Source: Turneriella sp.
GTDB taxonomy: Bacteria > Spirochaetota > Leptospiria > Turneriellales > Turneriellaceae
Direction: 5' to 3'
Assembly: GCA_965279515.1 (NCBI GenBank)
Contig: CBDIID010000003.1
Span: forward strand, 3,968,001-4,032,000
Length of the DNA stretch: 64,000 nt
Shown piece after piece: positions 1 through 9,505 of this stretch; the stretch's first letter is position 1, and every line of letters starts with the position of its first letter. The notes under the pieces are model-generated. The model saw nothing but the letters and a program-made list of their open reading frames with translations. It ran no database searches and was not told the origin of the DNA. A program made the translations under genes and the position numbers.

Positions 1-14
1 ATTAACCGTGGGGG

Positions 15-100
15 GGCGGCTAAAAGCCGCGAAAAGCGGCGGCCTCGTCGTTTGCAAGCAAACGACTGCTAAAGCGCTTCGCTGCCGCCGTTTTTCGCTC
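15..100. repeat. Multi-hairpin palindromic intergenic element
   Basis: GCGGCT-AAA-AGCCGC; outer GCGAAAAGCGGCGGC...GCCGCCGTTTTTTCGC enclosing GTCGTTTGC-AA-GCAAACGAC. Confidence 0.5.
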
Positions 101-178
101 GTGCCATTTTGAATTGGCTTCAGGCTTTTAGACCGCCGTCCTATTTGACGCCTTGTTTCAAACTCAATCTTTAACGGT

Positions 179-2191
179 ATGGCAGACCGCGCAGCCCATA
201 AAATCTACAATAAAGAGGGTAATCCTACCCGTGAAGAACCGTGGATTTTCCGTACCTATGGCGGGCATTCGAATGCGCGTGCCACCAATGAACTCTACCG
301 CACGGGCTTAGCGCGCGGCCAAACGGGCCTCTCGATCGCCTTTGACCTGGCGACGCAGTGCGGTTATGACTCAGACCATCCGATGGCGCGGCCCGAAGTC
401 GGCAAGGTCGGCGTGCCGATCAATTCACTGCTTGATTTCCGTGTCATGTTCGACCAGATTCCACTGGAAAAAATGAACACATCGATGACAATCAACGGCA
501 CGGCGATGTGGCTCTTATCGCTCTATATCGCGCTTGCTGAAGAGCGTGGCATCGACCCGTCGCTGCTTCAGGGTACGACACAGAATGATATTATTAAGGA
601 GTATCTCGCGCGGGGTACGTACATCTTCCCCCCCGAATCATCCATCCGCCTCATTGTCGATATGTACGAGTATTGCGTGCGCAAGATCCCGAAATGGAAT
701 CCATCCAACATCTGTTCATACCATTTGCAGGAAGCCGGAGCGACGCCGGTGCAGGAGCTTTCGTTCGCGCTGGTGACGGCGATTGCGATTCTCGACGCGA
801 TTAAAGAACGTAAATGTTTTACCGACGACGAGTTTGAGCAGGCTGTCGGCCGTATTTCATTCTTCGTCAACTCGGGCATGCGTTTCATTGAAGAGATGTG
901 CAAGATGCGCGCCTTCGGTGAAATGTGGGAAGACATCACCAAGAATCGTTACGGTGTGAAGACCGAAAAATTCCGCCGTTTCCGTTATGGTGTGCAGGTC
1001 AATTCGCTCGGTCTCACCGAAGAGCAACCCGAGAACAATGCGTGGCGTATTCTCATCGAAGCGCTCGGCGTCACGATGTCGCAAAAGGCGCGCTGCCGCG
1101 CATTGCAGTTGCCGGCATGGAATGAAGCGCTGTCGCTGCCGCGCCCATGGGACCAGCAATGGTCGCTGCGCATGATGCAGGTCATGGCGTATGAAACCGA
1201 CCTGCTCGAATACCCGGATATTTTCGACGGCTCGCCGGTGATTCAATCCAAAGTTCAGGCCCTGATCAGCGAAGCGAAAGCCGAGATCGATAAGGTTTTG
1301 GCGCAGGGCGGCGCCGTCGAGGCGATCAAGTCGGGTTATATGAAATCACAGCTCGTCAAGAGCCAGGCCGAACGCATGAGCCGCATCATGACGCAAGATC
1401 TCAAAATTGTCGGCCGTAATATTTACACAGACGGATTACCTTCTCCGCTTTTGGGCGGCGAAGATGCGGGTATTTTCAAAATCGATCATTCGGCTGCCGA
1501 TGAAACCCTTGCGGCCCTGAAAAAGGCACGTGAGACGCGCGATGACGCTGCGGCTCAAAAAGCCCTCGCGCAGCTCGAAGCCGACGCGAAGGCCAATGTG
1601 AATCTTATGCCGGCATCGATTGCCTGCGCCAAGGCGCTCATCACAACCGGCGAATGGGCAAACACGCTTAGAAAAGTGTTTGGCGAATACCGTCCGCTGA
1701 CCGGCGTCGAAGGGCAGAAGCTGTCGCTGTCTGAAGAGCGCGTTGCCGATGTGCGTAAAAAAGTTGAAGCTTTCAAAGATAAGCACGGCCACCGGCCACG
1801 CTTTGTGCTCGGCAAACCCGGCCTCGACGGCCACTCGAATGGCGCTGAAATGATCGCCGTTGCGGCCCGCCATGTCGGTTTTGATGTCATCTATTCAGGC
1901 ATACGCCTGACGCCCGAAGAGATCGCGCGCGCAGCGGTTGAAGAAAACGCCGATCTTATCGCCATGTCGATCCTCTCAGGGAGTCATTTAGAGTTGGTCG
2001 ACCAACTCATGAAAACACTTGTTAAATACAAGGCTGATAAAGAGATTCCGCTCGTGGTCGGCGGTATCATTCCCGAGTCGGATTTCGCCCGCCTTAGGGA
2101 ATTGGGCGTGCAGCACATTTTTACTCCCAAGGATTATGACCTCGTCGGTATCATGGAGCAAAATCTCGAAATTGCCGAGAAATTTGCTTGA
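179..2191 (+). CDS. ecm: B12-dependent mutase, ethylmalonyl-CoA mutase (MeaA/Ecm) type
   Basis: PWIFRTYGGHS, GQTGLSIAFDLATQ, NICSYHLQEAGATPVQEL; C-terminal B12-binding GKPGLDGHSNGAE. Confidence 0.88.
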   Translation: MADRAAHKIYNKEGNPTREEPWIFRTYGGHSNARATNELYRTGLARGQTGLSIAFDLATQCGYDSDHPMARPEVGKVGVPINSLLDFRVMFDQIPLEKMNTSMTINGTAMWLLSLYIALAEERGIDPSLLQGTTQNDIIKEYLARGTYIFPPESSIRLIVDMYEYCVRKIPKWNPSNICSYHLQEAGATPVQELSFALVTAIAILDAIKERKCFTDDEFEQAVGRISFFVNSGMRFIEEMCKMRAFGEMWEDITKNRYGVKTEKFRRFRYGVQVNSLGLTEEQPENNAWRILIEALGVTMSQKARCRALQLPAWNEALSLPRPWDQQWSLRMMQVMAYETDLLEYPDIFDGSPVIQSKVQALISEAKAEIDKVLAQGGAVEAIKSGYMKSQLVKSQAERMSRIMTQDLKIVGRNIYTDGLPSPLLGGEDAGIFKIDHSAADETLAALKKARETRDDAAAQKALAQLEADAKANVNLMPASIACAKALITTGEWANTLRKVFGEYRPLTGVEGQKLSLSEERVADVRKKVEAFKDKHGHRPRFVLGKPGLDGHSNGAEMIAVAARHVGFDVIYSGIRLTPEEIARAAVEENADLIAMSILSGSHLELVDQLMKTLVKYKADKEIPLVVGGIIPESDFARLRELGVQHIFTPKDYDLVGIMEQNLEIAEKFA

Positions 2192-2226
2192 AGGCCGCGG
2201 CACTCTCTTGAAACCGGGGGGTTGAG

Positions 2227-4542
2227 GTGACCCCCGAAAAAAGCATGGCATCGTCACCGATTCACGGCATGGCCGAGCGCTATGTCTATAAACCCGTTTT
2301 TGGCCTTTATGTGCGCCTGGTTAAGTTTTTTTCACTGGGGACCATGCTGGTTCTCGTCACGGCACCGGTTTTTCCTCTTTTAGACTATTATGCATTCCTG
2401 TTTATCTCGGGTCTCGAGATCGGGCCAGCCCGGGAAATTTACCGGCTCGAACTCGACGCCTTCTGGCCCAGCTTCGTGGTCTCCGTGGTGCTCTACGCGG
2501 TCCTTGGCGGCGCCCTGGTACGCGTTTTTTTACCGAGTGCGATTCCGGCTTTGCGGCGCCTTGAACCCGCTCTCAGGCATTTCACGGGAGAGTTTTCCGG
2601 AGATCAGCTGCGTGAAATGCTGCGGAGCCTGTCACGCCTGCCGTGGGCCTTCACGATACTCGCCATGCTGATTTTTACCGCGCATGCGCTTTTTATCTAT
2701 GTGCAGAGTTTTTTAGGCCGGTGGGATTTCTCCCATATCAAGATCTTTATTGCGATCGATGCAGTCATTTTTCTGATGCTGGCGGGGCTGGTTTATTCCA
2801 TTGTCGAGTTTTCATGCAGTTACCTGCGCATGCAGGTCAAACGCCAGCTGGCGGCAATCGACGAAGCGGCGAACGATCTTATCAATGGGCGCTCGGGTGT
2901 GATTCGTTTTGTCTACCTGCTCTTCATCGGCGGCGCTTCGACGATCGCGCTCATTGTATTCATGCATAACAAGAGCGAACACGTGTTGTGGACTGCGATT
3001 CAGTTCTCAGCGATTACGTTCGTGATCTGCGGCACTTTGGCGTTTATTTACTTCTATACCTGGACCTATTCGCTGAAGCAGATCAGCGATGCCACGTATA
3101 GCGTGGCGATGGGCGGGCGGGGTAACCTGCCCATGCTTTCCAACGACAGTGAAATGGTCGAGCTTGCCGTCAATTTCGACGCCGCCACCTATGAGATCAA
3201 TACGATCCGTAATTACCTCACCGAACTCGTCGACGAAAAAACCCGGACAATCTCTGAAGCGTACAACGAACTCAAACAGCTCAAATCGCGGCAGGATGGC
3301 GACTATTACCTGACCTCGAACCTCATCGAGTCGCTGACGGAGATTCGTCCCGAAAGCGAGACTGTCGTCATCGATTCCCTTATTAAACAATTTAAGATCT
3401 TCGAGTTCATGGGCCACAGCAAAGAAATCGGCGGCGACATGAATGCCGGCTATTCGTTGCGCCTGCAGGGCGAAAAATATACGCTTGTCGTCAACGCCGA
3501 CGCCATGGGTAAATCACTGCAAGGCGCTGGTGGAGTCCTGGTTCTGGGGTCGGCGCTGCGCTCGCTCATCGAGCGTACGAATATAACCGAAGGTTTGCGC
3601 AATCTTTCACCCGAGCGCTGGCTCAAGAATTCATTCCTCGAACTGCACCGCTTGTTTTCGAACTTCAACGGCAGCATGATGGCGTCGATGGTCTGCCTGC
3701 TGATCCATGATAACTCCGGTTATACGGTGATGATTAATGCCGAACACCCGCAGGGCATTTTATTGCGCGCCGGCCACAGCGAATTTATCTCGAGCCATGA
3801 AGGTTTGCGCAAACTGGGGAACAATGCGGTCAAGGGCCGCCTCTGGGTCGACACGCTGATGCTGAAACACCGCGACGTGGTGATTCTGGGCTCCGACGGG
3901 CGCGACGATATTGTTGTCGGTTATGACAGCGACGGCCAGCCGATGATGAATGAAGACGACCGCAAGATACTGCAGATTGTGCGTATCGCCGACGGCGATT
4001 TACCGCGTATCTTTCTCGGTCTCAAACATTCCGGTGAAATTGTCGATGACGTTTCATTCGTCCGCATCGAATACCGCGGCAATCCCGCGCCACATGAGGG
4101 AGCCGCGATTGAAACGCATTGGGAAGCATACCGCAAGGCGGTGCATACGGGGGCGAAGCTTGAGGCACTCCGGAAAATTCTCGACCTGAACCCGCAGAGT
4201 ATGCGCGCGTGGCGCGCGCTGCTGCTTTTACATCTCAAGAGTAAGAACCTTGTCGATGCTGCCTCGATCGCCGAGTCGCTGGTGCGCATTCAGCCCAGCC
4301 GCGATTTCTATATGTTTGTTGCGGGCCTGCTGTTTTTCCGCATCGGCAACCTGGAAAAAGCGCTGAACTTTGCCGACCGGCTGACGCTGAGAAACTGGGG
4401 TGCCGAGCGCTACCTGATTCTATTGGGGCGTATCCACGAAGCGCGTGCCGACGAAGCCGGTATGCGCGAAGCGGGAATGCTACTCAACGAACTTTTACCC
4501 GAACACGTCTACGGCAAGAAGCTGCTCGAAGGGCTGGGCTGA
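2227..4542 (+). CDS. Membrane-bound SpoIIE/PP2C-type phosphatase with HAMP-like linker and C-terminal TPR
   Basis: Several N-terminal TM helices; EIGGD, ADAMGKS, GSDGRDD and DDVS PP2C motifs; TPR-like tail. Confidence 0.8.
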   Translation: MTPEKSMASSPIHGMAERYVYKPVFGLYVRLVKFFSLGTMLVLVTAPVFPLLDYYAFLFISGLEIGPAREIYRLELDAFWPSFVVSVVLYAVLGGALVRVFLPSAIPALRRLEPALRHFTGEFSGDQLREMLRSLSRLPWAFTILAMLIFTAHALFIYVQSFLGRWDFSHIKIFIAIDAVIFLMLAGLVYSIVEFSCSYLRMQVKRQLAAIDEAANDLINGRSGVIRFVYLLFIGGASTIALIVFMHNKSEHVLWTAIQFSAITFVICGTLAFIYFYTWTYSLKQISDATYSVAMGGRGNLPMLSNDSEMVELAVNFDAATYEINTIRNYLTELVDEKTRTISEAYNELKQLKSRQDGDYYLTSNLIESLTEIRPESETVVIDSLIKQFKIFEFMGHSKEIGGDMNAGYSLRLQGEKYTLVVNADAMGKSLQGAGGVLVLGSALRSLIERTNITEGLRNLSPERWLKNSFLELHRLFSNFNGSMMASMVCLLIHDNSGYTVMINAEHPQGILLRAGHSEFISSHEGLRKLGNNAVKGRLWVDTLMLKHRDVVILGSDGRDDIVVGYDSDGQPMMNEDDRKILQIVRIADGDLPRIFLGLKHSGEIVDDVSFVRIEYRGNPAPHEGAAIETHWEAYRKAVHTGAKLEALRKILDLNPQSMRAWRALLLLHLKSKNLVDAASIAESLVRIQPSRDFYMFVAGLLFFRIGNLEKALNFADRLTLRNWGAERYLILLGRIHEARADEAGMREAGMLLNELLPEHVYGKKLLEGLG

Positions 4543-5480
4543 AGAAACGCGGCTACCCCTGTGCCGGGATTCAGGCATGCCAGAAGCCGCTCCAGGCCTA
4601 AGGCGATACCAGAGACACCCTCGATTGCAGGCAATGCCGCAAGCAGCTCTGTGTCGACGGGGTGAGCTTCAACGCCACGTAAGCTGCGAATGTCATTGTA
4701 TTTCTGCCAGCGGCTGAGAGCTATTTCGGGGCGGTATTCTTCACGGTAGCCATTCGCCAGTTCGAGCCCACCCAGGAATATTTCAGCCCGCTGCGCCATG
4801 CCGTTTTCCGAATAAGCCAGGGCGCCCAGGTATTCCGGGTAACCCGACACGGCGATGAGCCCTTCGAAGCCGCGGATGCGCGGTAAAATGATCTCGTCGA
4901 AGAGCAGGTTGAAACAGATAACCGCTGCATCGGTTTCGTTGAGGTGCTGCGGCAGGGTACCGTGCAGGGATTGATATTTTTGCACCGCGCCGGTTTTATT
5001 ATGAAAATCAAAGCTTTGCCCTGCCTCTTCGAAGAGGCGCTCCAGATCGAATATTTGAAAGGCTGCGGGCAACCGCTTCGCGCCCGTCGCATCGGCGATG
5101 GTCCTGATCAGGGCAGCGGCACTTTCCAGAACAGCTTCTAAAGAAGCATCTTTCAGATACCATTCCACCATTGTAAATTCGATGGCATGATTTTTACCCG
5201 GGCGGTCGTCGCGGAAAACCGGGGCGATTTCATAGATGCCCCGCGCATCTGTGTGTGCCGCAATTTCCGTGGCGTAAATTTTTTTTAATGCAAACTCCGG
5301 GGAGGTAGCAAGAAACATCTTCTGCGTGTTTTCCTGTGCGAGAATGCCCACGGCATCGATATAAGGTTCAAGCGCCGGTGAGGTGACGCCTTTAGGTGTC
5401 ATCACTTCCAGAATATGATGTGAGGCAAAGAAGCCGCGCGCGGCACGGATGGCGTTATTGCGCAGGACGACGGGGATCAC
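4509..5480 (-). CDS. epmA: EF-P lysine aminoacylase (GenX/PoxA)
   Basis: LEVMTP, LATSPEFALKK, EFTMVEWY, GLELANGY, SGIALGLERL; no anticodon-binding domain. Confidence 0.85.
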   Translation of the reverse strand: MIPVVLRNNAIRAARGFFASHHILEVMTPKGVTSPALEPYIDAVGILAQENTQKMFLATSPEFALKKIYATEIAAHTDARGIYEIAPVFRDDRPGKNHAIEFTMVEWYLKDASLEAVLESAAALIRTIADATGAKRLPAAFQIFDLERLFEEAGQSFDFHNKTGAVQKYQSLHGTLPQHLNETDAAVICFNLLFDEIILPRIRGFEGLIAVSGYPEYLGALAYSENGMAQRAEIFLGGLELANGYREEYRPEIALSRWQKYNDIRSLRGVEAHPVDTELLAALPAIEGVSGIALGLERLLACLNPGTGVAAFLQPSPSSSFLP

Positions 5481-6124
5481 AGCGGCGGCGGTTCGCGGTG
5501 CAGGACATCGAGCGCATTGGCGAGACCGTCGTAGTTTTGGTATCCCTGCGACAGGGGAAAATATTGTCCCTCGCGACCGTAGATAATGGTCGGAAAGGCA
5601 TCCGCCCCATAGATTTCGCGCGCATCGTCGAATTGTTTTTCTACACCCGGGTAGAGTTTGCCCGTTTTTAAATCGGAGGCAAACGCGGCTAGGTCGACTG
5701 CGTATTTTGCAAAGAGCTGCGTATAACTTTCGGGTTTTGAGAGATCGGCGCCGTCTTTGAAATTCAGCGAAAGTATCTCATGCGATAACAAAATTGTGTC
5801 GCTTTGGGGAGCAGCTGCGAGAATCGCGCCAAATGCCGCAGCGGGCACGCGCGAATCCTGCATTGTTGTGCGGTCGCGGATCAGAGCTTTATGGGCTTCT
5901 GAAAAGATGGCGCCGGTCATCTGTTCGACGCGCGGCTGTGCCTTTTCAATGTAGGCGGCGAAATCACCCAAAGGCCCGATACGATCGCCTATCATGAGGC
6001 CGCCCGAAATCGCCGAGAAGCGAAAGCGGTCGGAAAAATTTTCCCTGAGCTTCAGAATGTTTGCGGCCATGCCCCAGCACCAGCCGCAGTAGCCGTCGAA
6101 GGCATAGACGATTTCAGCGCTCAT
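5477..6124 (-). CDS. DsbA-family thioredoxin-fold protein
   Basis: YAFDGYCGWCWG (CxxC) and AFPT cis-Pro motif. Confidence 0.8.
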   Translation of the reverse strand: MSAEIVYAFDGYCGWCWGMAANILKLRENFSDRFRFSAISGGLMIGDRIGPLGDFAAYIEKAQPRVEQMTGAIFSEAHKALIRDRTTMQDSRVPAAAFGAILAAAPQSDTILLSHEILSLNFKDGADLSKPESYTQLFAKYAVDLAAFASDLKTGKLYPGVEKQFDDAREIYGADAFPTIIYGREGQYFPLSQGYQNYDGLANALDVLHREPPPL

Positions 6125-7302
6125 GCTTTTTCTTTCGCGTGGAAAGATTCGCCAAGGAAGAGGGCGAGTAAGAGCGAAAAGGCGACGGTACCCAGCAGCA
6201 GGTAAACAGCGTTAGTCCAGTCTTTGGGGCCTCTCTTGACGACGTCCATGGCGACGCCGACGACGACGCCACCCGCATTGCCAAAAAGCATCAGCAGCCC
6301 TGTCGCCGAACCGGCTTTGGCGCGCCCGGCGAATTCCTCCGTCGACGAGAGCAGCAGGGCATAACCCGGCAGAAAAAAGAAACCCAAAAGCCCGCTGAGC
6401 ACATATAACATAGCGCCATCCGCCGAGCGGCAGAGCGGCCACGTCAGTGCGCCCGCGATAATACAGCAACCGATGAGAAAGGGCTTTCTGCGGCGCGCCG
6501 CGTCGGAGATTGCAGGCACAATGGCCGCCCCCAGGATACCGCCACCGATAAGCGCGGCGCCGGCATTGCCCGCGGCTTCGGCGCCTACGCCATTCGGCGC
6601 AAGAATCTGTTCGAGCCAGCCGGTGAAACCGTTAAAATAGCCGAGCGCGAGAAAAGAAACAGCAAACAATAATTTCAGATTCCCTGACTGGATGAGCTGC
6701 TTAAGGTCACGACCCATTGCCGCAGTGGCATTGTCCTTAATACCCTGGTTTTCCCGTGCGAACACTGCGAAGAGCAGGGCGCTGGCGATTGCGACCGCAG
6801 CGAAGACTGCCATCGAGCCCTTGAAGCCGAGGCCCTGGTCGAGCGGTACCGCGAGTGCCATGCCCAAAGCCATGCCGATAAACATACCGAGCGTGCCGAG
6901 GCCAGTCGCGAGAGCATTCTGTTCCGGTGGAAACCAGTCTGCCACGAGTTTAGAAATACCATTAATGATGAACGGTTGGCCGATGGCAATGCCTACCTGG
7001 CAGGCAACGAGAAAAGCGAATGGCCCTTCGTAAATGCGCGCCGCGGCGAAAACGGCCATGATGATACTGCCGAGAGTGATCGAATATTTATATCCCCGCC
7101 GGTCGGTGAGATACCCTGCGGGTACTGAAACCAAAACATAGACCAGCGGAAAGACAAGAATCAGCAGATTCGAGGTCAGTTCGTCGACGCCATATTTTTT
7201 CTGTATCAGGGTGAGCAGTGGCGCGAAGTTGAGCCACAGCATCTGGCTAACCGCGGCGGGCAGCATAAACAGAATGAGGATGATCCAACGGTATCGCATC
7301 AT
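6121..7302 (-). CDS. MFS transporter
   Basis: About 12 hydrophobic segments; GYLTDRRGYK motif A; WFPPEQ. Confidence 0.85.
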   Translation of the reverse strand: MMRYRWIILILFMLPAAVSQMLWLNFAPLLTLIQKKYGVDELTSNLLILVFPLVYVLVSVPAGYLTDRRGYKYSITLGSIIMAVFAAARIYEGPFAFLVACQVGIAIGQPFIINGISKLVADWFPPEQNALATGLGTLGMFIGMALGMALAVPLDQGLGFKGSMAVFAAVAIASALLFAVFARENQGIKDNATAAMGRDLKQLIQSGNLKLLFAVSFLALGYFNGFTGWLEQILAPNGVGAEAAGNAGAALIGGGILGAAIVPAISDAARRRKPFLIGCCIIAGALTWPLCRSADGAMLYVLSGLLGFFFLPGYALLLSSTEEFAGRAKAGSATGLLMLFGNAGGVVVGVAMDVVKRGPKDWTNAVYLLLGTVAFSLLLALFLGESFHAKEKA

Positions 7303-7422
7303 GGCCGAACTCCTCTTTTTCTCTATGTTCGGTCAACCGAATTCATGGGCCCGGATGCGGATTTTGGAAGCCGCGGTGGAAGCGAATGCGTTTTTGGGCG
7401 GCGCTATCGGGGCTGAGGAAAC

Positions 7423-9006
7423 ATGTATAAAGAAGAAAGATCTGAATTTACCGAACAAAAACTCAATATCGCCGAAGCCTGCCTGACGCGGCATGCCGAA
7501 GGTCCGGGTGCAGATCAGGTGGCGATGGTTTTCGTCGACAATGCTTTGGCTCACAAAAGTTTCAGCTACCGCGAACTGAACGAGCTTGCAGCGCGCTTTA
7601 CCCAAAGCCTGAAGGACCGCGGGCTGATCGCGGGCGACCGTATCTTGTTGCGGCTGCCCAATACCTATGTATTCCCCGTGGCTTTTTTCGGCGCGATCAG
7701 GGGGGGATTTATTCCTGTACCGACATCACCCATGCTGACGGCAGCGGAGTTTACTTACCTCGCGGAAAACTCGGCCGCTGCGGCGCTGGTCACCGATGCA
7801 AAACTCTTCGCGCCGCTGGCGGGCGCGGATTTTCTCCCGGGACTCAAGGCCGTCTATGCCGAAGAAGCCCCGGGCGTTCTTTCGGTAGAAAAAGAACTGC
7901 GCGATACAGATCCCGCCGCAGAGGTATATCCCACCCGGGGCGGCGATGCTGCCTACCTGGTTTATACTTCGGGCACGACGGGATATCCCAAGGGCGTGCT
8001 GCATGCGCAACAGGCACTGTTCGGCCGCTTGCCCTCGGCAACAAACTGGTTTCCATTCACGGCCGACAGCCAGGACCGCATTTTGCATTCGGGGAAGTTT
8101 AATTGGACCTATGTCTTGGGTACCGGCCTCATGGATCCGCTGTACCACGGAAAGACGGTCGTTGTATACGAGGGTGAGAATTCCGCGGAGCGTTGGCTTG
8201 AGCTGATTGAAAAACACGATTGCAACATATTCATCGGCGTGCCGACGATCTTCCGGCAGATCTTACAGAAAACGCAGGCGTCGAAGGCGACGGTCCCAAG
8301 TCTCGGGCATGCCATGTGTGCGGGAGAGCATCTGACCGATGAAGTGCTGGGGCAATGGATCGAACGCTTCGGATTTCCCATCTACGAGGGGCTAGGCATG
8401 TCGGAGTGCTCGTATTATATCTCGCAGCGGCCGGGTGATCCGATTCGGCCGAATTCGGCGGGTAAGATTCAACCCGGGCACCGCGTTCACCTGCTCGACG
8501 AAAATTTAAAACCCGTACCCGCCGGCAGCGAAGGCATGCTCTGCATTCACCGCAGCGATCCCGGTTTGTTCCTGGAATATTGGCGCTCGCCCGAAGCGAA
8601 TGCGGCCCAATTTAAAGACAGCTGGTTTCTTACGGGGGATTATGCCCGGGCCGACGAGGATGGTTATTTGTTTTTCCTGGGCCGGCGCGACGAGATTATC
8701 AAGTCGTTCGGTTACCGCGTATCTCCCTTTGAAATCGAAAGGGTCTATCGCGACTACGCCGAGCTCGAAGATGTCATTGCTTTCGCCGAAAGTTTGGGGC
8801 CCGAAAAAACGCTCATCTCTCTTTGTGTGCAGATGAAACCGGGGGGAAAGTTTAACGAAGCCAACCTGGCTACGTGGGGCAAGGAGAGACTGGCGTCGTA
8901 TAAACTGCCCAAAAAATTTTATACGCTTGCGAAATTCCCGCGCTCTGCGAACGGAAAAGTTTTGCGCGCGCAAATACCCAGGGCGTTAGGCCTTGACGGC
9001 GCATAA
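7423..9006 (+). CDS. AMP-dependent acyl-CoA synthetase
   Basis: YTSGTTGYPKG, GLGMSE, WFLTGD, GRRDEIIKS, LASYKLPK. Confidence 0.9.
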   Translation: MYKEERSEFTEQKLNIAEACLTRHAEGPGADQVAMVFVDNALAHKSFSYRELNELAARFTQSLKDRGLIAGDRILLRLPNTYVFPVAFFGAIRGGFIPVPTSPMLTAAEFTYLAENSAAAALVTDAKLFAPLAGADFLPGLKAVYAEEAPGVLSVEKELRDTDPAAEVYPTRGGDAAYLVYTSGTTGYPKGVLHAQQALFGRLPSATNWFPFTADSQDRILHSGKFNWTYVLGTGLMDPLYHGKTVVVYEGENSAERWLELIEKHDCNIFIGVPTIFRQILQKTQASKATVPSLGHAMCAGEHLTDEVLGQWIERFGFPIYEGLGMSECSYYISQRPGDPIRPNSAGKIQPGHRVHLLDENLKPVPAGSEGMLCIHRSDPGLFLEYWRSPEANAAQFKDSWFLTGDYARADEDGYLFFLGRRDEIIKSFGYRVSPFEIERVYRDYAELEDVIAFAESLGPEKTLISLCVQMKPGGKFNEANLATWGKERLASYKLPKKFYTLAKFPRSANGKVLRAQIPRALGLDGA

Positions 9007-9025
9007 CAGGAATCGGTCAGGCAGA

Positions 9026-9490
9026 ATGCCCAAACGTTATGGCGGGACGGACGCCGAAAAAATACAGATCGATGCCTATGTAAAGATGATGCGTTGCGCG
9101 GATACGGTGCAGAACCTGCTGGCGCGCAACATCGAATCGTATGGCATTACCCTGTCGCAACTGGGCGTGATGGAAATTCTGCTGCACCATGGCCCGCAGA
9201 ACCAGAAGACACTGGCGGAAAAAATGCTGCGCAGCGGCGCGAATTTAACGACGATCATCGACAACCTCGAAAAACGGGATTTTGTGCAGCGGACGCGGGG
9301 TAGTACCGACCGCAGGTCTGTGACGATTGCGCTGACGCCAGCGGGTGAGAAACTGATATCGGAGCTGTTCCCTTTCCATTTGCAAAATATCTTTCGCATG
9401 ATGGGTGTTCTGACGGTTCCCGAACTCGAGACCTTTGCTATGCTGGCGAAAAAACTGGGTCGCGGCGCACGCGCTAAAATGACGGTCTGA
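9026..9490 (+). CDS. MarR-family regulator
   Basis: GITLSQLGVMEIL, LTTIIDNLEKRDFV, DRRSVTIALT; ATG 9026 preferred over the upstream TTG. Confidence 0.88.
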   Translation: MPKRYGGTDAEKIQIDAYVKMMRCADTVQNLLARNIESYGITLSQLGVMEILLHHGPQNQKTLAEKMLRSGANLTTIIDNLEKRDFVQRTRGSTDRRSVTIALTPAGEKLISELFPFHLQNIFRMMGVLTVPELETFAMLAKKLGRGARAKMTV

Positions 9491-9505
9491 CCGGCCGCAG
9501 CCTGA

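Noticed and set aside
1..178. Cobalamin riboswitch upstream of ecm
   Set aside because: No B12-box or conserved core recognisable in the visible sequence
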